A stretch of DNA of 63,319 nt, counting the filler. It is 5 parts of 5 records of this genome, joined end to end, with 100 filler letters (N's around TTAATTAATTAA, not from the genome) between each part and the next. Parts side by side here need not be neighbours in the genome. Positions count along the whole stretch, not along the records: positions 56,698 to 63,319 come from SRR2962707_3296; 4 more parts are not named here. One strand, 5' to 3'. A program made the translations under genes and the position numbers. Shown here one piece after another: positions 59,280 to 63,319 of the stretch. The notes below the pieces were generated by a model, which worked only from the letters and a program-made list of their open reading frames with translations, did not search any database and had not been told where the DNA came from. Position 1 is the stretch's first letter. Each line of letters starts with the position of its first letter.

Positions 59280-59301
59280 TCTGATTTCTGAAGCAGAAAT
59301 G

Positions 59302-59332
59302 AAAAAAGCAGGCCTTGATGGCCTGCTTTTTT
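59302..59332. terminator. Bidirectional rho-independent terminator
   Basis: AAAAAAGCAGGCC-TTGAT-GGCCTGCTTTTTT between convergent genes. Confidence 0.92.
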
Positions 59333-59357
59333 ATGGATGCTATTAACTCAGGTTTGG

Positions 59358-59470
59358 GCCAGGAGGTGGGGTAGAGCTTTCCGAAACCTTGTGGAGCCAG
59401 GGATGGCGGAACAGAGCGTACATGGAAGTATTCACAGCGTGTTTCGGAAAGCTCTACCCCACCTCCTGGC
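59358..59470. repeat. 113-bp intergenic element with 30-bp perfect terminal inverted repeats (REP/MITE-like)
   Basis: GCCAGGAGGTGGGGTAGAGCTTTCCGAAAC / GTTTCGGAAAGCTCTACCCCACCTCCTGGC. Confidence 0.85.
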
Positions 59471-59480
59471 TTGCGTCAGT

Positions 59481-60116
59481 CTATAGACGTTCTATCAGCC
59501 CAGGATTCACTACAAACGGGTTCTCATTGCCCTGAATTTCGGCAATCCGCTTATGCCGGCTCAACTCCCGGTCATCCGGGGGATCCAGTTTGCTCCAGCC
59601 TTTGAACACCGGCGTGGCCCCCAGCCAGGGCAGGCCATAAGTATCCACCATATAGGCCATGGTGCGGGCAACGTCACCTTTAACCCGCTCTGGCGGTTCA
59701 AAGAACTGGGCGCTTTCACGAATCCCGCAATCATCGGCGCCCGTGGTCTCGCCAAGATTCTCATACCGGGCGTTACGCCGCCGCATTTCAACGCGGGTTC
59801 GTACCGGTACCATGTTATGAAGATCAGACGTAATTTGCCGATAGCGATTGTCCTGGCGGCACTGGGAGGTTGTTCCGCAGTCCAGGGCAGTGCGAATGTC
59901 GGCAAGTGGATAAACGTAGCCATCGGTCATGACAAAGCCCTTACCAGTGAAGGGAGTATCACAGAAAAACGACGAGCCGCCGTCAGCATACAGGTTGCTC
60001 CAGAATTCATTATCAATGACCGTTTGCGGGTCACTGAAACGGGTATTCTGGCCCACGACCATGCCGGCGGTAAGTGAGAAAGTCAGGGTGACGGAGAGTG
60101 CGATTATTTTTTTCAT
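59481..60116 (-). CDS. Secreted endonuclease I (EndA/Vvn)-family homologue, active site degenerate
   Basis: Signal peptide; SDLHNMVP, FEPP..VKGDVAR..AYM...Y, W...DPP...E..R...I..IQGN.NPFV. Confidence 0.85.
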   Translation of the reverse strand: MKKIIALSVTLTFSLTAGMVVGQNTRFSDPQTVIDNEFWSNLYADGGSSFFCDTPFTGKGFVMTDGYVYPLADIRTALDCGTTSQCRQDNRYRQITSDLHNMVPVRTRVEMRRRNARYENLGETTGADDCGIRESAQFFEPPERVKGDVARTMAYMVDTYGLPWLGATPVFKGWSKLDPPDDRELSRHKRIAEIQGNENPFVVNPGLIERL

Positions 60117-60305
60117 ATGACCGTTATACCTCACAGCACGTGTCATACGCCGTGGCCAGCCAGACGACTGGTTGATGGCAAAATGAACAGTTCGACGAAA
60201 TTATGACGAACTGTTCAGTCTTTACTGTGAAGTATGGCACAGAGGTAGTGAGACAAAAGCCTCTGTGCACGGAGAGATGTGTTTATTTGTTAACCAGTTA
60301 ACGCT

Positions 60306-60569
60306 TTATTTCAGTTTGTTACGGATGTTCTGATAACCGGTTTTCAGATCCTCACCAAGCTTTCGGGCGGTTTCCCTGGCCTCATTGCTGGCATTCTCGG
60401 CATCATGGAAAATCTGATCCAGCTTTGACCGGAACCGATCCCAATCCTGCTCCAGATCGTCCCATTCGTCTTTTACATCTTCCCTTGCAAGGTGCAACTG
60501 AACGCGCGCCTCGTCACGATATTGCTTGATCTTGTCGGACAGCTTGTTGAAATCGTCTTGCAGACTCAT
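60306..60569 (-). CDS. Small coiled-coil hypothetical protein
   Basis: 87 aa, GGAGA RBS, RDE.RVQLHLA.....DEW..LE..W pattern. Confidence 0.8.
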   Translation of the reverse strand: MSLQDDFNKLSDKIKQYRDEARVQLHLAREDVKDEWDDLEQDWDRFRSKLDQIFHDAENASNEARETARKLGEDLKTGYQNIRNKLK

Positions 60570-60672
60570 GGTATTTCTCCTTCCCTGATGAGTTGGGAGT
60601 TCTACAATGCGCCCGTACGTGAAAAAGTGTCAAGTCCCTGAGCGGGCCGGTGTTATCCCGCTTTGATTCAGA

Positions 60673-61686
60673 TCAGCTGGCCCGCTTGCCGGCCAGAATA
60701 AGGGAGAGATCCCGGAGGTGATGCCAGGGGGAAAGATCATCGAAGCCCTTGGCAGCCCGATCAATCAGACTACAAAGGTTGATTGCCTGGTGTAACTCGG
60801 CCAGTGAAAGTCTTCGAGCCGCTTGCTGGACGGCGGACGAACGCTTTGGCTGGAAAACGCCGCGCTTTTTCAGAAAGCCCGCGGGGTTTTCTCCACCGGG
60901 CAAGGCGGTTTTAAGCTCAACAATAAGATGAAGGTCACGAACGAGCACAGTGAGTAGTCCAAGAGGATTTTCGCCCTCCTGCTCCAGCACCCCGATCATG
61001 CGGCCGGCATGAACCGCCTTGCCGGATAGCAGTTCCGTGACCAGTTCAAAGCCGTTGAACCTGGCACTATCCTGTACGGCCTGTTCCACCGTCTCTTCAT
61101 CGATGGTTTTGCCGTTGGTGAGCAGCGTCAGACGGTCCAGCTCCTGGCTGGCGGCCAGCAGATTGCCCTCCAGGCGCTCTGCAAGAATACCGAGTGCTCC
61201 ACGTGTCAGGCTGAGGCCTTTTGCGGTGGCCCGTTGCTGCAACCATCCGGGAAACTTGTCTCCCTCGACCGGCCAGAGCGGAACGTGCACGCCATGGCCC
61301 TGAAGTTCCTTGTACCATTTGCGTTTGGTTTCGGCGGCATCCAGTCTGGCGCTGATCAGCAATAGAATGACGTCTTCCGGCGGGGATTGCAGTACCTGCT
61401 CCAGAACCCGGCGGCCATCGCCAAGTTTGCCGGTGGGCAGATGAATCTCAATGCGACGTTTTTCAGCGAACAGGGACAGGGCGTTGCATTCGTCAGCAAC
61501 CGTATTCCAGTCGAACTGATTGTCTGCGTGAAACGTGAGCCGGTCCAGATAGCCAGCTTCACGGGCGGCGGCGCGGATCTGGTCACAGCATTCCTGAACC
61601 AGCAGGGGTTCATCGCCGGAGATCAGGTAAACCGAAGCCAGGCCTTTCTTCAGAAGTTGCGGGAGTTGGCCGGGCTGGGTTTTCAT
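60673..61686 (-). CDS. holA: DNA polymerase III delta subunit
   Basis: YLISGDEPLL, SLFA, EGNLLAA.QE; leuS-lptE-holA synteny. Confidence 0.95.
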   Translation of the reverse strand: MKTQPGQLPQLLKKGLASVYLISGDEPLLVQECCDQIRAAAREAGYLDRLTFHADNQFDWNTVADECNALSLFAEKRRIEIHLPTGKLGDGRRVLEQVLQSPPEDVILLLISARLDAAETKRKWYKELQGHGVHVPLWPVEGDKFPGWLQQRATAKGLSLTRGALGILAERLEGNLLAASQELDRLTLLTNGKTIDEETVEQAVQDSARFNGFELVTELLSGKAVHAGRMIGVLEQEGENPLGLLTVLVRDLHLIVELKTALPGGENPAGFLKKRGVFQPKRSSAVQQAARRLSLAELHQAINLCSLIDRAAKGFDDLSPWHHLRDLSLILAGKRAS

Positions 61687-62258
61687 GGTGATTCAGGCTC
61701 CTCACCATCGGCGGTGTGTTCCTGAACCAGGGCATCAATTCGTTGTCGGGACATAGGCGCCAGCCGGAAGATGACTTGTTGGGCAAGGCGATCGCCCAAT
61801 TGTTGCCGTAATTCGTCTTCCTCGCGCTGTTTGGCGAGCACATTGGTCTCGTCGTAGCGGTAGGTTTCACTGGCGTTCAGGTCAGTATTGGCAATCAGCG
61901 GGATCTGGTCTTTGGTTACCAGCTCCATGGCAACCGTGTGGCGCAGAATGTACTCAGCCGCCGCTGCCTGTGCGGTAATGGCTGAAGCCCGGCGGTCCTG
62001 GCGGTAGTCCGACAGGCGCAGCAGGTAGTCTGCCTGACCCGGATTCCGCAGCTCGATGCCACCGAGCTCCAGCTGTTCACGCAGAGACTGGCAGAACTGT
62101 CCGGGCAGGGAGGACGGGCAGTCGATGGCCAGGGGTTGCAGGGCAGCCGGGACCGGGGAGCTGCCCCGTAACTGAAAGCCACAGCCGGTCAGGGTGAGCA
62201 GCGAGGCAAGCAGTGCCAGAAGGCCCAGCTTTTTCAGTTCAGGGACAGGGCAGGGCAT
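61683..62258 (-). CDS. lptE: LPS assembly lipoprotein
   Basis: Lipobox LTGCGFQLRG; synteny. Confidence 0.93.
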   Translation of the reverse strand: MPCPVPELKKLGLLALLASLLTLTGCGFQLRGSSPVPAALQPLAIDCPSSLPGQFCQSLREQLELGGIELRNPGQADYLLRLSDYRQDRRASAITAQAAAAEYILRHTVAMELVTKDQIPLIANTDLNASETYRYDETNVLAKQREEDELRQQLGDRLAQQVIFRLAPMSRQRIDALVQEHTADGEEPESP

Positions 62259-62259
62259 C

Positions 62260-63318
<1,059 letters not shown>

Positions 63319-63319
63319 G

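Overview
This window is not one locus. It is five unrelated contigs joined by artificial 100-nt spacers (44 N + TTAATTAATTAA + 44 N) at 15812-15911, 27825-27924, 44121-44220 and 56598-56697, so gene neighbourhood is only meaningful within a contig. Taxonomic labels are impressions from gene content and composition. Contig 1 (1-15811, AT-richer alphaproteobacterium) holds an RpiR-associated sugar-phosphate catabolic cluster: class II aldolase, CbbY-like and Gph-like HAD phosphatases, ThDP E1alpha/E1beta, a long transaldolase-family protein, a lipoyl/E3-binding/alpha-beta-hydrolase 'E2', E3, EryC, EryH and transketolase. Contig 2 (15912-27824, GC-rich, Devosia/Pelagibacterium-like) is housekeeping: cysQ, xseA, purD, patatin, tadA, mutL, rsmD, rluB-like, lspA, ileS. 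Contig 3 (27925-44120, Rhizobiales-like) has REP-type palindromes, DAHP synthase, ALDH, trxC and gor. It also has an accessory island of four secreted proteins (triple tail-collar, pentapeptide repeat, M35 metalloprotease, TIMP-like protein) separated by a family of degenerate repeats. Contig 4 (44221-56597, Rhodospirillales-like) has phnDCEE with a Pho box, hisZ, purA, a mandelate-racemase-family enzyme, a membrane-anchored pseudokinase plus partner, and a CBS histidine kinase. Contig 5 (56698-63319, Marinobacter-like) has two acyl-CoA dehydrogenases, a degenerate endonuclease I homologue, holA, lptE and leuS. The best candidates for undescribed systems are (1) the secreted M35 protease / TIMP-like inhibitor gene pair, (2) the ThDP/lipoyl-hydrolase complex embedded with erythrulose-phosphate enzymes, (3) the repeat-delimited island of secreted genes, and (4) the pseudokinase-membrane protein pair. 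No CRISPR array, rRNA, complete tRNA or intact transposase/integrase was seen. All family calls are from motif recognition, not database searches.
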